Assembly: GCA_965215605.1 (NCBI GenBank)
Contig: OZ244070.1
Span: 32,001-96,000, forward strand
Source of the DNA: an uncultured Candidatus Binatia bacterium
GTDB lineage: Bacteria > Desulfobacterota > Binatia > UBA9968 > JAJDTQ01
Direction: 5' to 3'
Length of the DNA stretch: 64,000 nucleotides
Made by a program: the position numbers and the translations under genes. Below the pieces are notes generated by a model, which had not been told where the DNA came from, did no database searches, and saw only the letters and a list, made by a program, of their open reading frames with translations. Numbering within the stretch: the stretch's first letter is position 1; the number at the start of each line of letters is the position of its first letter. Shown piece by piece: positions 39,119 to 48,750 of the stretch.

Positions 39119-40090
39119 TCACACGTAGTGCTGGATCTCCTGGAGGGAGGGCGGGAAGAACAGCTCTTCGATCGCGGGCTTGTGCTTGATCATGCCCTGC
39201 TCGAACTCGTAGCGGACCGCGGCTTCCAGCGCGGCGCGGTTGTCCTCCAGGTTGTAGGGCCAGGGGTCGGGCCCGAAGATGGCGTGCTGCTCCTGAAGCT
39301 CTTCCTTGGCCCACACCAGGGCCAGGCTTCGGGGGTCGCGCATGCGCTCGTAGCAGACTTCCTTGGACCGCTGGAGGGCCTGCAGCAGGCTCACCGCCAC
39401 CCAGGGGTTCCGCTCCAGTATCTCGTCCTTGACCACCACCGTGTGCATGATGGGGAAGATGCCGCTCCGGCGGTAGTACTCCACCTCCGCCTGCCGGGGT
39501 TCCGGGAAGAGCAGCGCCACCTTGTCGGAGCCGGAGCGGATCGACGGCAGCACCTCGGGATAGAGCGACCCTTCCAGCTCTCCGGCGCACAGCATCTCGT
39601 CGATGTCGCGGCCTTCGGGCACCCGGTGGATCTTCATCCACGAGGCCGGCTCCAGAGGCACGTCTTCTTCCTCCTGGCACCACCACTCCACCGTGCGCAG
39701 GTCCACGCCGTAGTAGTCCTGCAAAATGCCGCGCATCCACAGGCCCGCGGAGTTCTGGAGCGTATCCAGGCCGATGCGCTTGCCGTTCAGGTCCGCGGGC
39801 TTCTCGATGCCGCACCCGGTGCGCTTGACCATGTAGCTGTGACGGAAACGCCGGTGCGGAAACGCGGGAATGGCGGTGAAGTCGCGGCCCTGGTCATGGG
39901 CCACGAGATAGCCCACCAGCGACAGCTCGCACGCGTCGAACTCCTCGTGACGCAGCATGCGTCCGTGGCGTTCGGGCGACGGCATGGTCATCACGTTCAG
40001 GTCGATGCCGGCGGGTTCCACCACCTTCTCCCACAGGGGCCGCAAGAGATCGTAGCTGCCGCAGGCGAAATTCAGGTTCAACCGGGCCAC
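39119..40090 (-). CDS. ABC-type substrate-binding/4,5-dihydroxyphthalate decarboxylase-like protein (paralog)
   Basis: FACGSYD, IPAFPHRRFRH, GIFPIMH, DPWPY. Confidence 0.8.
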   Translation of the reverse strand: MARLNLNFACGSYDLLRPLWEKVVEPAGIDLNVMTMPSPERHGRMLRHEEFDACELSLVGYLVAHDQGRDFTAIPAFPHRRFRHSYMVKRTGCGIEKPADLNGKRIGLDTLQNSAGLWMRGILQDYYGVDLRTVEWWCQEEEDVPLEPASWMKIHRVPEGRDIDEMLCAGELEGSLYPEVLPSIRSGSDKVALLFPEPRQAEVEYYRRSGIFPIMHTVVVKDEILERNPWVAVSLLQALQRSKEVCYERMRDPRSLALVWAKEELQEQHAIFGPDPWPYNLEDNRAALEAAVRYEFEQGMIKHKPAIEELFFPPSLQEIQHYV

Positions 40091-40677
40091 TATTCGCTCC
40101 TTACGTGTTTGCGGTATTCCTCGGGCGTGTCGATGTCGATGAGGATCCCTTCCTCGCCGGTATCCAACTCCAGCGTCTCATCCGGGTGGCCCCGTACCAC
40201 CGGCTTGGCGCCGGTGTCCATGGAAGCCGCCATGAACTCGGGGAAGAGCCTGCTGGAGAACAGCACCGGATGGCCGCGCCTGCCGTCGAAGCACGGCACC
40301 ACGATGAGCTTCCGCTCGGCGCGGAAACGCTCGATGATCCGGTTCACCAGCCCGCTTTCGATGAAGGGGTGGTCCACCAGATGAACAAGGATCGCTTCCA
40401 CCGGCTCCCCCTCCAGCGCCCGGATGGCAGTGTGCAGGGAGGAGAGCTGTCCCCTGGCATAGTCCGGGTTCACCACGGTATCGACGTCCAGGTAGGCGAT
40501 GGCCTCCCGCATGGCGCCGGCATTGTAGCCCAGCACCACCAGGGTCCGGTCCACCTCCGTGCGCTCCAGCGCGCGGACGATGCGCTCGATGAACGGGACG
40601 CCCTCCACCGGCAAGAGCGCCTTGGGCCTTCCCATGCGGGTGGAGGCGCCCGCGGCCAGGACAACGGCGACGATCAT
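40090..40677 (-). CDS. Molybdenum cofactor cytidylyltransferase (MocA-like)
   Basis: LAAGASTRMGRPKALL, NPDYARGQLSS, RGHPVLF, DIDTPEEY. Confidence 0.85.
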   Translation of the reverse strand: MIVAVVLAAGASTRMGRPKALLPVEGVPFIERIVRALERTEVDRTLVVLGYNAGAMREAIAYLDVDTVVNPDYARGQLSSLHTAIRALEGEPVEAILVHLVDHPFIESGLVNRIIERFRAERKLIVVPCFDGRRGHPVLFSSRLFPEFMAASMDTGAKPVVRGHPDETLELDTGEEGILIDIDTPEEYRKHVRSE

Positions 40678-40693
40678 GAATCGAAGAAACGGA

Positions 40694-41665
40694 TTAGAGC
40701 CCCTCGAGCTTCCTCATGGTCTCGGCGTAGTCCACCAGCGCCTTGTCCAGCGTGTATTCGGCCTCGAAGCCCAGTTGCTCCGACGCCCGGGACAGATCGG
40801 TCAGAGGCCGGTTCGCCGGATAGGCCATGGGATCGTTGCCCTTCTTGAGCGTCACCCTGGACTCGGGGAACTCCTTCTTCAACGCCGCGAGTATGTCGTC
40901 GCCGGTGACCATGCCGGCGCAGCCGATGTGGAAGAGCCGGTCCTTGTGGTCCGGCTTCAGCGCGGCAAGGACGGTGGCCGTGGCCGCGTCCTTGCCGTAG
41001 AGAACCTCCGTGGGACCGTAGGGCCAGTTCACGGCCGTGTCCTCGCCCTTCAGCGCGGCGCGGATCATGTCCTGGATCGCCTGCTCGCGGGTGGCCTTCA
41101 TGGTGGTCGGCGACGGGCCGTAAAGCCCTCCCACGTAGCGAATGCACACGAACTCGAAGCCGTACATCTTGGCGTAGGCGTTGCCGAGAAACTCGCAGCC
41201 GCCCTTGGTGGCGGCATAGACCGACGGCGGGTTGATGGGGATGGTCTCGTCGATGCTCTGGAGCCCCTCCCCGAACGAGCCCAGATAGACCGTGCCCGAG
41301 CTGGGAAAGGTAATCCGTGGCACGTTCTCCAGCCGCACCGCCTCGAGCACGTTGACGGTGCCCATGAGATTCAGACGCACGCCGGTGTAGGGGCGCCGCT
41401 GCACCTCCTCGCCGAGAAAGGCGGCCAGGTGAATGACCTGGCCGACGTCATGGTCCCGGATCGCGCTCACGAGCTGCGGCAGGTCGAGGATGTCGCCACG
41501 CACGGTTTCCACCGACGCCGGATCGACACCCACCGCCCTGAGCAGCCGCTCGTTCACCGCCACGTCGAAGATGACCGGGCGCTCGCCGCGCGCCTGCAAC
41601 ATCCCCACGACATACGCGCCCACGAGACCGGTACCCCCGGTCACCAGAATGCTCTTCTGTGCCAT
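40694..41665 (-). CDS. NAD-dependent epimerase/dehydratase
   Basis: TGGTGLVG, HLAA, YAATK. Confidence 0.85.
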   Translation of the reverse strand: MAQKSILVTGGTGLVGAYVVGMLQARGERPVIFDVAVNERLLRAVGVDPASVETVRGDILDLPQLVSAIRDHDVGQVIHLAAFLGEEVQRRPYTGVRLNLMGTVNVLEAVRLENVPRITFPSSGTVYLGSFGEGLQSIDETIPINPPSVYAATKGGCEFLGNAYAKMYGFEFVCIRYVGGLYGPSPTTMKATREQAIQDMIRAALKGEDTAVNWPYGPTEVLYGKDAATATVLAALKPDHKDRLFHIGCAGMVTGDDILAALKKEFPESRVTLKKGNDPMAYPANRPLTDLSRASEQLGFEAEYTLDKALVDYAETMRKLEGL

Positions 41666-41687
41666 TCTCTTCCTCCCGACCAACGAG

Positions 41688-42506
41688 CTACGGAAACATG
41701 TATTCCACCGGCGGCGATTCGAAGTCCGTCTCCACCGACGTAGTTCCGGGAACCTCCTTGGCCACCGAGACGATCTCTTCCTGGAGCGCGGGCTGGGTGA
41801 GGATCCCGGAGACGTGGACCACGCCGCCGCTCGCGCGGACGCGCACGTTCAGGTTCCGCGTCTTCGGCGACACGATCACCGCCGCCTGCACACGCGACGT
41901 CAGCGACAGGTCCGCGAAGGCCTGTTCCGACGCCGGGGTCTTCTGGTACTCGGGCCTGCCGGCCGCGTCCTCGATCAGTTCGGCCAAGGTGTCCACCGTC
42001 ATCTGGCCGGCGTTCAACACCAGATCGTAGCGCGACGCGTCGCGCCAGTCCGCTCCGAAGATGGCCTCCATGCGCCGGGAACGCGCCTTGTTGACGTTTT
42101 CCACGTAACGGCGGCCGCCGGCCTCGTCGAGCCCTTCGCGCTCGCGCACCTTCTCCAACTGGTATTCCAACGGCGCCGTCAGCAGCACCTTGACCACATG
42201 GCTCACTCCGGGCAGGAGCTCCTGCCCCATATGGCCGTGATAGACGAGCCTGCCGTCCCTGGCCATCTCGCACATGGCGGCCTGCAGCGTGATGCGGTAG
42301 AGGCGAAGACTCTCGCGCCAGCGTTCCCACCAGGCCGGCCCCGACTCCAGCACCTCTTCGTATTTGGCCTCGGGAATGCCGTAGCGGTTGCTCGCCTCGA
42401 TCAACACCTCCCGGTCCACGCACGGGCAGCCAAGGTCCCCGGCAACCCGTTCGGCAACCTCCGGACCCGCACCAAACGCGCCACGAATGATCGTGATAAT
42501 CGGCAT
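41688..42506 (-). CDS. Cytidylate-kinase-like family protein with C-terminal BON domain
   Basis: IITIIRGAFGAG, YDLVLN; C-terminal VRASGGVVHVSG...VPGTTSV. Confidence 0.75.
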   Translation of the reverse strand: MPIITIIRGAFGAGPEVAERVAGDLGCPCVDREVLIEASNRYGIPEAKYEEVLESGPAWWERWRESLRLYRITLQAAMCEMARDGRLVYHGHMGQELLPGVSHVVKVLLTAPLEYQLEKVREREGLDEAGGRRYVENVNKARSRRMEAIFGADWRDASRYDLVLNAGQMTVDTLAELIEDAAGRPEYQKTPASEQAFADLSLTSRVQAAVIVSPKTRNLNVRVRASGGVVHVSGILTQPALQEEIVSVAKEVPGTTSVETDFESPPVEYMFP

Positions 42507-42711
42507 GGGCTTCCCTCCTCTCGGCTGTGTTGTTGGCCTCGGCCGCGCCCGTGGCCTGCACAATTGCTAAAGTAAACCCTCTGGTATGACGTTGCAAGAT
42601 AAATCGGGGATTCGCAGGCTCCACACCCCGTGCGAATCCACCCGGGCACGGATGTTTGTGCCGCCAACCGGCTTTTGTTACACGTTCACTGCCCCGGATG
42701 TTGCGTTCCAC

Positions 42712-43830
42712 ATGACCCCCAAGGAAAAACTGCTGGCGCTTCGCGAAGAGTTGCGACAGACGTTCCTGGAACGCGGCGAGCTCATCGACGGCGCGCTCGC
42801 GGCCCTGCTCTCGGCCCGGAACCTGCTCATCATCGGCCCGCCGGGCACCGCCAAGTCCATGCTGGCCGACGAGTTGTGCCGCCGCATCGAGGGCGCCGAC
42901 TACTTCCAGTGGCTGCTGACCCGTTTCACCGCCCCGGAAGAGCTGTTCGGCGCCGTGAGCCTCAAGGGCCTGGAACAAGACGACTACCGGCGCGTCACCA
43001 CCCGCAAGCTCCCGGAAGCCCACATCGCCTTTCTGGACGAGGTCTTCAAGGCCAACTCCTCGATCCTGAACTCGATCCTGACCATCATCAACGAGCGCCG
43101 GTTCCACAATGGCCAGCAGGTCCACGACGTGCCGCTCATCACCCTGTTCGGCGCCAGCAACGAGCTTCCCGAGGACGACGAGCTCACCGCCCTGTACGAC
43201 CGGTTCCTACTCCGGTTCATGGTGGACTACATCCAGGAGGACTACCGCTTCCTGCGCATGCTGGAGGCCACGCCGCAGGAAACCGAGGTTCGCATCACCC
43301 TCGAGGAGCTCGGCGCGATGCAGCGCGAGGCGGATGCGCAGCCGGTGCCGGGCCACGTGCACCGGGCCATGGCCGAGGTCCGCCGGCAGCTCGGCAAGAA
43401 GCAGATCGTCGCCTCGGACCGGCGTTACCGCCAGTCCCTGGCGCTGCTGAAGGCGCACTCGTATCTAGCCGGCGACGCCCAGGTGTCGGACCGGAGTCTG
43501 CTGTTCCTGGAGCACGTGCTGTGGCGGGAGCCGTCCGAGCAGGCCGATGTGGGCGCCGTCATCCGCGAGATCGTGCTGGGTTACGAGAAGGAGGCCCAGG
43601 AACTCCTGTACCAGGCCCGGGAGATCGGGGAGTACGTGCAGCGCTCCTGGGACACGGAGGAGTTGCGTTCCCAGGCCCTCATCGAGGGGCACACCAAGCT
43701 CCGCAACATCCTGGGCCGGATGGAGCAGATCATCGAGAAAGCCGCGGATTCGGACCGTCCCGTGGCCGGCGTGGAAGACATGCGGGACGAGATCCAGACC
43801 CTTCAGAAGCGTCTGCTGGAGGAATTGTAG
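42712..43830 (+). CDS. MoxR/RavA-like AAA+ ATPase
   Basis: GPPGTAKS, LTRFTAPEELFG, FLDEVFKANSSILNSILT, ASNELP, ALYDRF, SDRR. Confidence 0.9.
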   Translation: MTPKEKLLALREELRQTFLERGELIDGALAALLSARNLLIIGPPGTAKSMLADELCRRIEGADYFQWLLTRFTAPEELFGAVSLKGLEQDDYRRVTTRKLPEAHIAFLDEVFKANSSILNSILTIINERRFHNGQQVHDVPLITLFGASNELPEDDELTALYDRFLLRFMVDYIQEDYRFLRMLEATPQETEVRITLEELGAMQREADAQPVPGHVHRAMAEVRRQLGKKQIVASDRRYRQSLALLKAHSYLAGDAQVSDRSLLFLEHVLWREPSEQADVGAVIREIVLGYEKEAQELLYQAREIGEYVQRSWDTEELRSQALIEGHTKLRNILGRMEQIIEKAADSDRPVAGVEDMRDEIQTLQKRLLEEL

Positions 43831-45398
43831 TGGTCCGCCGGACGACGACGAAACGGCCCGCCCCGCTGCCGGACCTGCCCGAGAACGCCAACTGGATCGA
43901 GAGCGACCGCTACGACCGCCACGCCTACGGGCAGCTTCGCCGGGACGCCGCCTCGCTGAAGGAACTGGAGCGCGCCGGCCAGACGCTTCTGCCCCACTTT
44001 CCCTCCCTCCTCCAGGATGTCTTCTGCCTGTTGTTCAAGTACAACATCGTCTTCACCGCGGAGCCGGACGTGCTCCCCAGCGCGTCGGTCAACCGCGCCC
44101 TTCTCGCCGCGCTTCATGACGGCGAGGTGAGCCGCATCCTGCGGGAGCTGACCTTGCTCGACGAGGCCCGGGCCGGCCTGTGCACGCTGCTCCTCGGCGA
44201 AGGCCTGCTGGACATGCTCAAGTCGGAGAAGCCGTGGACGCGCCACGACATGATGGACACCTGGAAGCTGCGGCAGCAGGAGGAGGATTTCCGAAAGACC
44301 CGCGAGATGCTGGAGCACGCCGGCGAGCTGGCCGGGCAGGAAGACGGAGCCGGCAAGGAAGAGGCTTTGGCGAAGGTCCAGGAGCGGCTCAAGAGCAAGC
44401 TCCGGGGCGACGCCGCGTCCATCCGGCAAAAGCGGCGGCAGTTGACCGAGGACCTGGACCGGGTCGAGGGCGAGGCCCGGGCGCGGGCGCAGGCCTCGGC
44501 CATCCGCGCCGCCCAGCAGCTCGAGGAGGCCGCGGAGGAAGCGGAACAGTGGGGTTCGGCGGTGGGCGGCGGCGGCCGCCTGCCCGCCGACCGGAGGCTC
44601 GAGCTGGGCCGGCGCCTGGCCGGCAACGACAAGCTCAAGAAACTGATCCGCATGGTGGGCAGGATGAAGTCCCACGCCCTGGCGCTCCGCAAGCGCACCT
44701 TCGAGCGCGCCAACGAGGAACTGTACGCGGTGGAGCAGGGAGGCGCCCTGGAGCACCTGCTCCCGCAGGAGTTGGTGACGCTGCACCACCCGGTGCTGCA
44801 ACGGGACTTCCGGCGCCGCCTGCTGGAGAAGGAACTGTTGCAGTATTCGTTGCGGGGCATGGAGGAGAAACGCAAGGGGCCGGTGGTGGTCTGTCTCGAC
44901 GGCAGCTCCTCCATGGCCGGCGACAAGGAACTCTGGTCCAAGGCCGTCACCCTGACCCTGCTGGATCTCACCCGGCGCCAGCGCCGGCCGTTCCGCTCCA
45001 TCTGCTTCTCCTCCCGGGACACCGCCCTGCACGTCCTGGACATGACCACCCCGCGCGGCGCCGGCGTGGAGCCCCGCAAGCTCATGGACCTGGCGGAGCA
45101 TTTCCCGGGCGGCGGCACGGACTTCGAGAAGCCGCTGGACGCGGCGCTGGAGTGCCTCAGGAAATCGCGTTATAAAAAGGGCGATATCGTTTTCATCACG
45201 GACGGGGAGTGCCGGGTGTCGGCCGAATGGTCGGAGCGGTTCCTCGGGGAGAAGGACCGGCTCGGCTTCTCGCTCTTCTCCATCCTCATCGACGTCGGAC
45301 CCAGCTCCCTGGGGACCCTGAAGGAGTTCAGCGACCGGATCACCACCATCACCCAGCTCACCAGCGAGGGCACGCGCGACCTGTTCATCCGTTTCTGA
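43830..45398 (+). CDS. ViaA-like VWA-domain protein
   Basis: GTG start overlapping the ATPase stop; GPVVVCLDGSSSM (MIDAS), GGGTDF, FITDG. Confidence 0.85.
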   Translation: MVRRTTTKRPAPLPDLPENANWIESDRYDRHAYGQLRRDAASLKELERAGQTLLPHFPSLLQDVFCLLFKYNIVFTAEPDVLPSASVNRALLAALHDGEVSRILRELTLLDEARAGLCTLLLGEGLLDMLKSEKPWTRHDMMDTWKLRQQEEDFRKTREMLEHAGELAGQEDGAGKEEALAKVQERLKSKLRGDAASIRQKRRQLTEDLDRVEGEARARAQASAIRAAQQLEEAAEEAEQWGSAVGGGGRLPADRRLELGRRLAGNDKLKKLIRMVGRMKSHALALRKRTFERANEELYAVEQGGALEHLLPQELVTLHHPVLQRDFRRRLLEKELLQYSLRGMEEKRKGPVVVCLDGSSSMAGDKELWSKAVTLTLLDLTRRQRRPFRSICFSSRDTALHVLDMTTPRGAGVEPRKLMDLAEHFPGGGTDFEKPLDAALECLRKSRYKKGDIVFITDGECRVSAEWSERFLGEKDRLGFSLFSILIDVGPSSLGTLKEFSDRITTITQLTSEGTRDLFIRF

Positions 45399-45450
45399 GG
45401 TCCCGCGATCCCGTGAGCCCAAGCCAACCGCAAGTCATCGGAGAACCTCC

Positions 45451-46410
45451 ATGAACAAGAAACCGAGCTTCGGCATCCTCTTACCGACCCGTGGGGTCAT
45501 CCTGACCAAGGCCGCCGTCCCCGACCTGAGCCCCGTCTTCAACCTCGCCGACGCGGCCGAGAAGGCCGGCTACGACTCGGTATGGATCGGCGACAGCGTC
45601 ACCGCCAAGTCGCGGCTGGAGGTCATCAGCACCCTGGGAGCGCTGGCGGTGAAGACCGAACGGGTGAAGATCGGCACCGCGGTGCTGCTGGCGGCCATGC
45701 GCAACCCGGTGGTGCTGGCACAGGCCCTGGCCAGCGTGGACGTGCTGTGCGGCGGGCGTCTGATCTGCGGCGTGGGCGTCTCCCGCAACGACAAGATGTT
45801 CGAGGAGGAGTACACGGCCTGCGGCGTGCCCTTCAACCAGAAGGCCGGCCGGCTCAGCCAGGTGCTCAAGATCATGAAGATGCTGTGGGCCGGCGACAAC
45901 GTCACCCACGAAAACAAGTACTACACGGTCGAGAACATCTCGCTGCTGCCCAAGCCGGTGCAGCGTCCCGGCGTCCCCGTGTGGGTGTCGAGCAACGACG
46001 TGGACAGCGGGCTCAAGCGCGTCGCGCTCCACGGCGACGCCTGGATCACCAACATCCCGTCGCTCCAGGTCTTCAAGGAATCGCGAAAGAAGATGGAAGA
46101 CTTCGCCAGCGACGCCGGACGCAACCCCGACGACATCCACCGTTGCCTGTACCTGACCATCCACATGGACCCCGACGCCGACAAGGCGCGCCGGGAGGGC
46201 GGCGCGTTCCTGGAGGCCTACTACCACAAGACCTACGAGCAGGTGGCCGCGCAGCTCGTGGTGAAGGCCGGCGGCACCAACGAAGTGGTGGACTTCATCA
46301 ACGAGTACGCCGAAGCCGGCATCCAGACCTTCATCGTCCGTTTCGCGGCCAAGGACCAGTTCCAGCACCTCGACGTCTGCAACGAGCACGTGATGCCGCA
46401 CTTCCGGTAG
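45451..46410 (+). CDS. LLM-class flavin-dependent oxidoreductase
   Basis: AEKAGYDSVWIGD, RNPVVLAQ, GGRLICGVG, PKPVQ. Confidence 0.88.
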   Translation: MNKKPSFGILLPTRGVILTKAAVPDLSPVFNLADAAEKAGYDSVWIGDSVTAKSRLEVISTLGALAVKTERVKIGTAVLLAAMRNPVVLAQALASVDVLCGGRLICGVGVSRNDKMFEEEYTACGVPFNQKAGRLSQVLKIMKMLWAGDNVTHENKYYTVENISLLPKPVQRPGVPVWVSSNDVDSGLKRVALHGDAWITNIPSLQVFKESRKKMEDFASDAGRNPDDIHRCLYLTIHMDPDADKARREGGAFLEAYYHKTYEQVAAQLVVKAGGTNEVVDFINEYAEAGIQTFIVRFAAKDQFQHLDVCNEHVMPHFR

Positions 46411-46439
46411 GGAGACGGCATCCCTCCCGGACGGGTGAC

Positions 46440-47630
46440 ATGAGCGCCGATCGCGTGCTGGTGGCGGGCGCGGGCCCCGTGGGCCTGGCGGCGGCGGTGT
46501 ATCTGGCTCAGCACGACGTGCCGGTCACGGTGCTGGAGGCGGAACCCGCGCTGCCCGAAACGCTGCGCGCATCCACCTTCCATCCCCCCACCCTCGACAT
46601 GCTGGAGTCGACCGGAGTGCTGGACGACCTCCTGGCCCTGGGACTCGAGGCCCCCACCGTCCAGTACCGCGAGCGCGCCGGCTGCATCGCGGAGTTCGAC
46701 TTCGGACAGATCGCCGACGTCACCGCGCACCCGTACCGGCTCCAGTGCGAGCAGTTCAAGCTCAACCGGCTGCTGTACGGGAAGCTCGCGACCCTGCCCG
46801 GCGCGGAGGTATACTTCTCGAACGAAGTGACCGGCGTGGCGGAGGACGGGACGTCGGTCACCGCGGTGGTGGGGCAAGGCGGCAAGACCCGCCGCTTCCG
46901 GGGCCGCTACCTGGTGGGGGCCGACGGTGCCCGCAGCAACGTCCGCAAGGCCCTGGACATCCCCTTCGACGGGTTCACCTGGCCCGAGCGCTTCCTGGTG
47001 GTGAGCACGCCGTTCCGTTTCGATGAGCAATTCGCCGAGCTGGCGCCGGTGAGCTACTTCGCGGACCCGGTGGAGTGGTTCTTCCTCCTGCGGGTGCCGG
47101 GACTATGGCGCGTGATGTTCCCCACGCGGCCGGAAGAGAGCGACGACGACGTGTTGAGCGATGCCAGCGTCGAGCGGCGTCTCCAGAGCGTCCTCCCGGC
47201 CGGAACGCCCTACCCGGTGGAACACCGGACCCTGTACCCGGTGCACCAGCGCGTGGCCGCGCGCTACCGCAAGGGGCGCGCGTTCCTCGCCGGCGACGCG
47301 GCCCACATCAACAATCCCTTGGGAGGCATGGGCATGAACGGCGGCATCCACGACGGCTACAACCTGGCGGAACGGCTGGTGCGCGTGTGGCGCGGAGAGG
47401 CGCCGGAATCGGAGCTCGACGGCTACGAGCGCCAGCGCCGGCCCATCGCGCTGGAATACGCCAACGTCCATTCCACCCGCAACAAGCTGAACCTCGAGAG
47501 CCGCGACCCCGCGAGGCAGCAGGAGTTCCGCCGCACCATGCGCGAAACCGTGGCGGACCCCGACAAGTCCTACGATTACCTGCTGCGAATCTCGATGATC
47601 GCCAGCCTGAGACAGGCGGCGAGGCTGTAA
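46440..47630 (+). CDS. FAD-dependent monooxygenase
   Basis: GAGPVG, GADGARS, LAGDAAHINNPLGGMGMNGG. Confidence 0.88.
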   Translation: MSADRVLVAGAGPVGLAAAVYLAQHDVPVTVLEAEPALPETLRASTFHPPTLDMLESTGVLDDLLALGLEAPTVQYRERAGCIAEFDFGQIADVTAHPYRLQCEQFKLNRLLYGKLATLPGAEVYFSNEVTGVAEDGTSVTAVVGQGGKTRRFRGRYLVGADGARSNVRKALDIPFDGFTWPERFLVVSTPFRFDEQFAELAPVSYFADPVEWFFLLRVPGLWRVMFPTRPEESDDDVLSDASVERRLQSVLPAGTPYPVEHRTLYPVHQRVAARYRKGRAFLAGDAAHINNPLGGMGMNGGIHDGYNLAERLVRVWRGEAPESELDGYERQRRPIALEYANVHSTRNKLNLESRDPARQQEFRRTMRETVADPDKSYDYLLRISMIASLRQAARL

Positions 47631-47849
47631 CGACGCCGTCACGCGGCCCCGGACCGAAGCCGGAGCGCCAAACTTTCCCCGACTTCGCTCGTAGCCCGGC
47701 GCCGTGACGGCATGTATTTCGGGCAGCGCTCCGCAAGGTCGGCGACGGTGGGCTCGCGGGTCCGGTTCAGGTATGCTTGACAGACCGCGATGCCAAAGCC
47801 AGATTAGCGGCTGATCCGGCGCGCTTGCCAACGCTTCTCCCGGGAGACG

Positions 47850-48662
47850 ATGATGCCCAAGGTACTGACACAAGAACAGGTGAACGCCTACCATCGCGAA
47901 GGATTTCTGTTCCCCGTCCGCATCATGGACACGGAGTCCGCCCGTGCGTTGAGGCGCAAACTGGAGGACGTGGAACAAACCATCGGCGGCGAGATCCAGG
48001 AGCGTTACCGCATCAAGGCCCACCTTCCCTTCCCCTGGCTCAACGAGCTGATCCGCAACCCGGTGATGCTGGACGCCGTGGAGGACATCGTCGGCCCCAA
48101 TATCTTGTGCTGGGGCTCCAGCTTCTTCACCAAGAACGCCCACGATCCCCGGTTCGTCTCCTGGCACCAGGACACCACCTATTACGGGCTGGAACCCCGG
48201 GAGACCCTGACTGCCTGGTTCGCCTTCACCGACAGCAGGGTCGAGAGCGGCTGCATGCGGGTCATCCCGAGCTCCCATGCGGAGGGCGCCCGCCGGCACG
48301 TGGAGACCTTCGCCGAGGACAACCTCCTTTCCAGGGGGCAGACCGTCGCGGATGTGGACGATTCCCGGGCGGTGGACGTGGAGCTGGAGGCCGGCGAGAT
48401 CTCGTTCCACAGCGAGACCGTCATTCACGGCTCCAATCCCAACGAGTCCGACGACCGGCGGCTCGGCTACTCCATCCACTTCATCGCCCCGCACGTCCAC
48501 CAGACGCTGTTCGACCGCGCCAGCGCGGCGTTGCTGCGCGGCACCGACACCCACGGCCACTGGAAGCCCGAGCCGGTTGCGAAACGGGACTTCGATCCGG
48601 ATTGCCTTGCCGCGCTGGACCGCAACCATCAGCAGTACAAGGCCAACAAGCAAGGAGCGTAA
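47850..48662 (+). CDS. Phytanoyl-CoA dioxygenase (PhyH) family Fe/2OG enzyme
   Basis: WHQD, IPSSH, IHGS.PN.SDDRR. Confidence 0.88.
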   Translation: MMPKVLTQEQVNAYHREGFLFPVRIMDTESARALRRKLEDVEQTIGGEIQERYRIKAHLPFPWLNELIRNPVMLDAVEDIVGPNILCWGSSFFTKNAHDPRFVSWHQDTTYYGLEPRETLTAWFAFTDSRVESGCMRVIPSSHAEGARRHVETFAEDNLLSRGQTVADVDDSRAVDVELEAGEISFHSETVIHGSNPNESDDRRLGYSIHFIAPHVHQTLFDRASAALLRGTDTHGHWKPEPVAKRDFDPDCLAALDRNHQQYKANKQGA

Positions 48663-48750
48663 CCCGAAGACCTTCCCGGTCAGGGGTCCCGCGGCCCTTG
48701 AATCCGACCGCCGATCCGAATTCAAGCCAAATCGAGAAAGGAATCGATAA

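Noticed and set aside
42582-42598. Sigma54 promoter TGGTATGACGTTGCA upstream of the AAA ATPase
   Set aside because: GG-to-GC spacing is 9 nt rather than the required 10.
42630-45398. Single 922-aa fusion ORF
   Set aside because: The first 400 codons overlap the ATPase in another frame and look non-coding; the VWA gene most likely starts at GTG 43830.
47635-47711. 9-bp inverted repeat GCCGTCACG/CGTGACGGC as a MITE or ncRNA
   Set aside because: Short GC-rich arms expected by chance; no target duplication or second copy seen.
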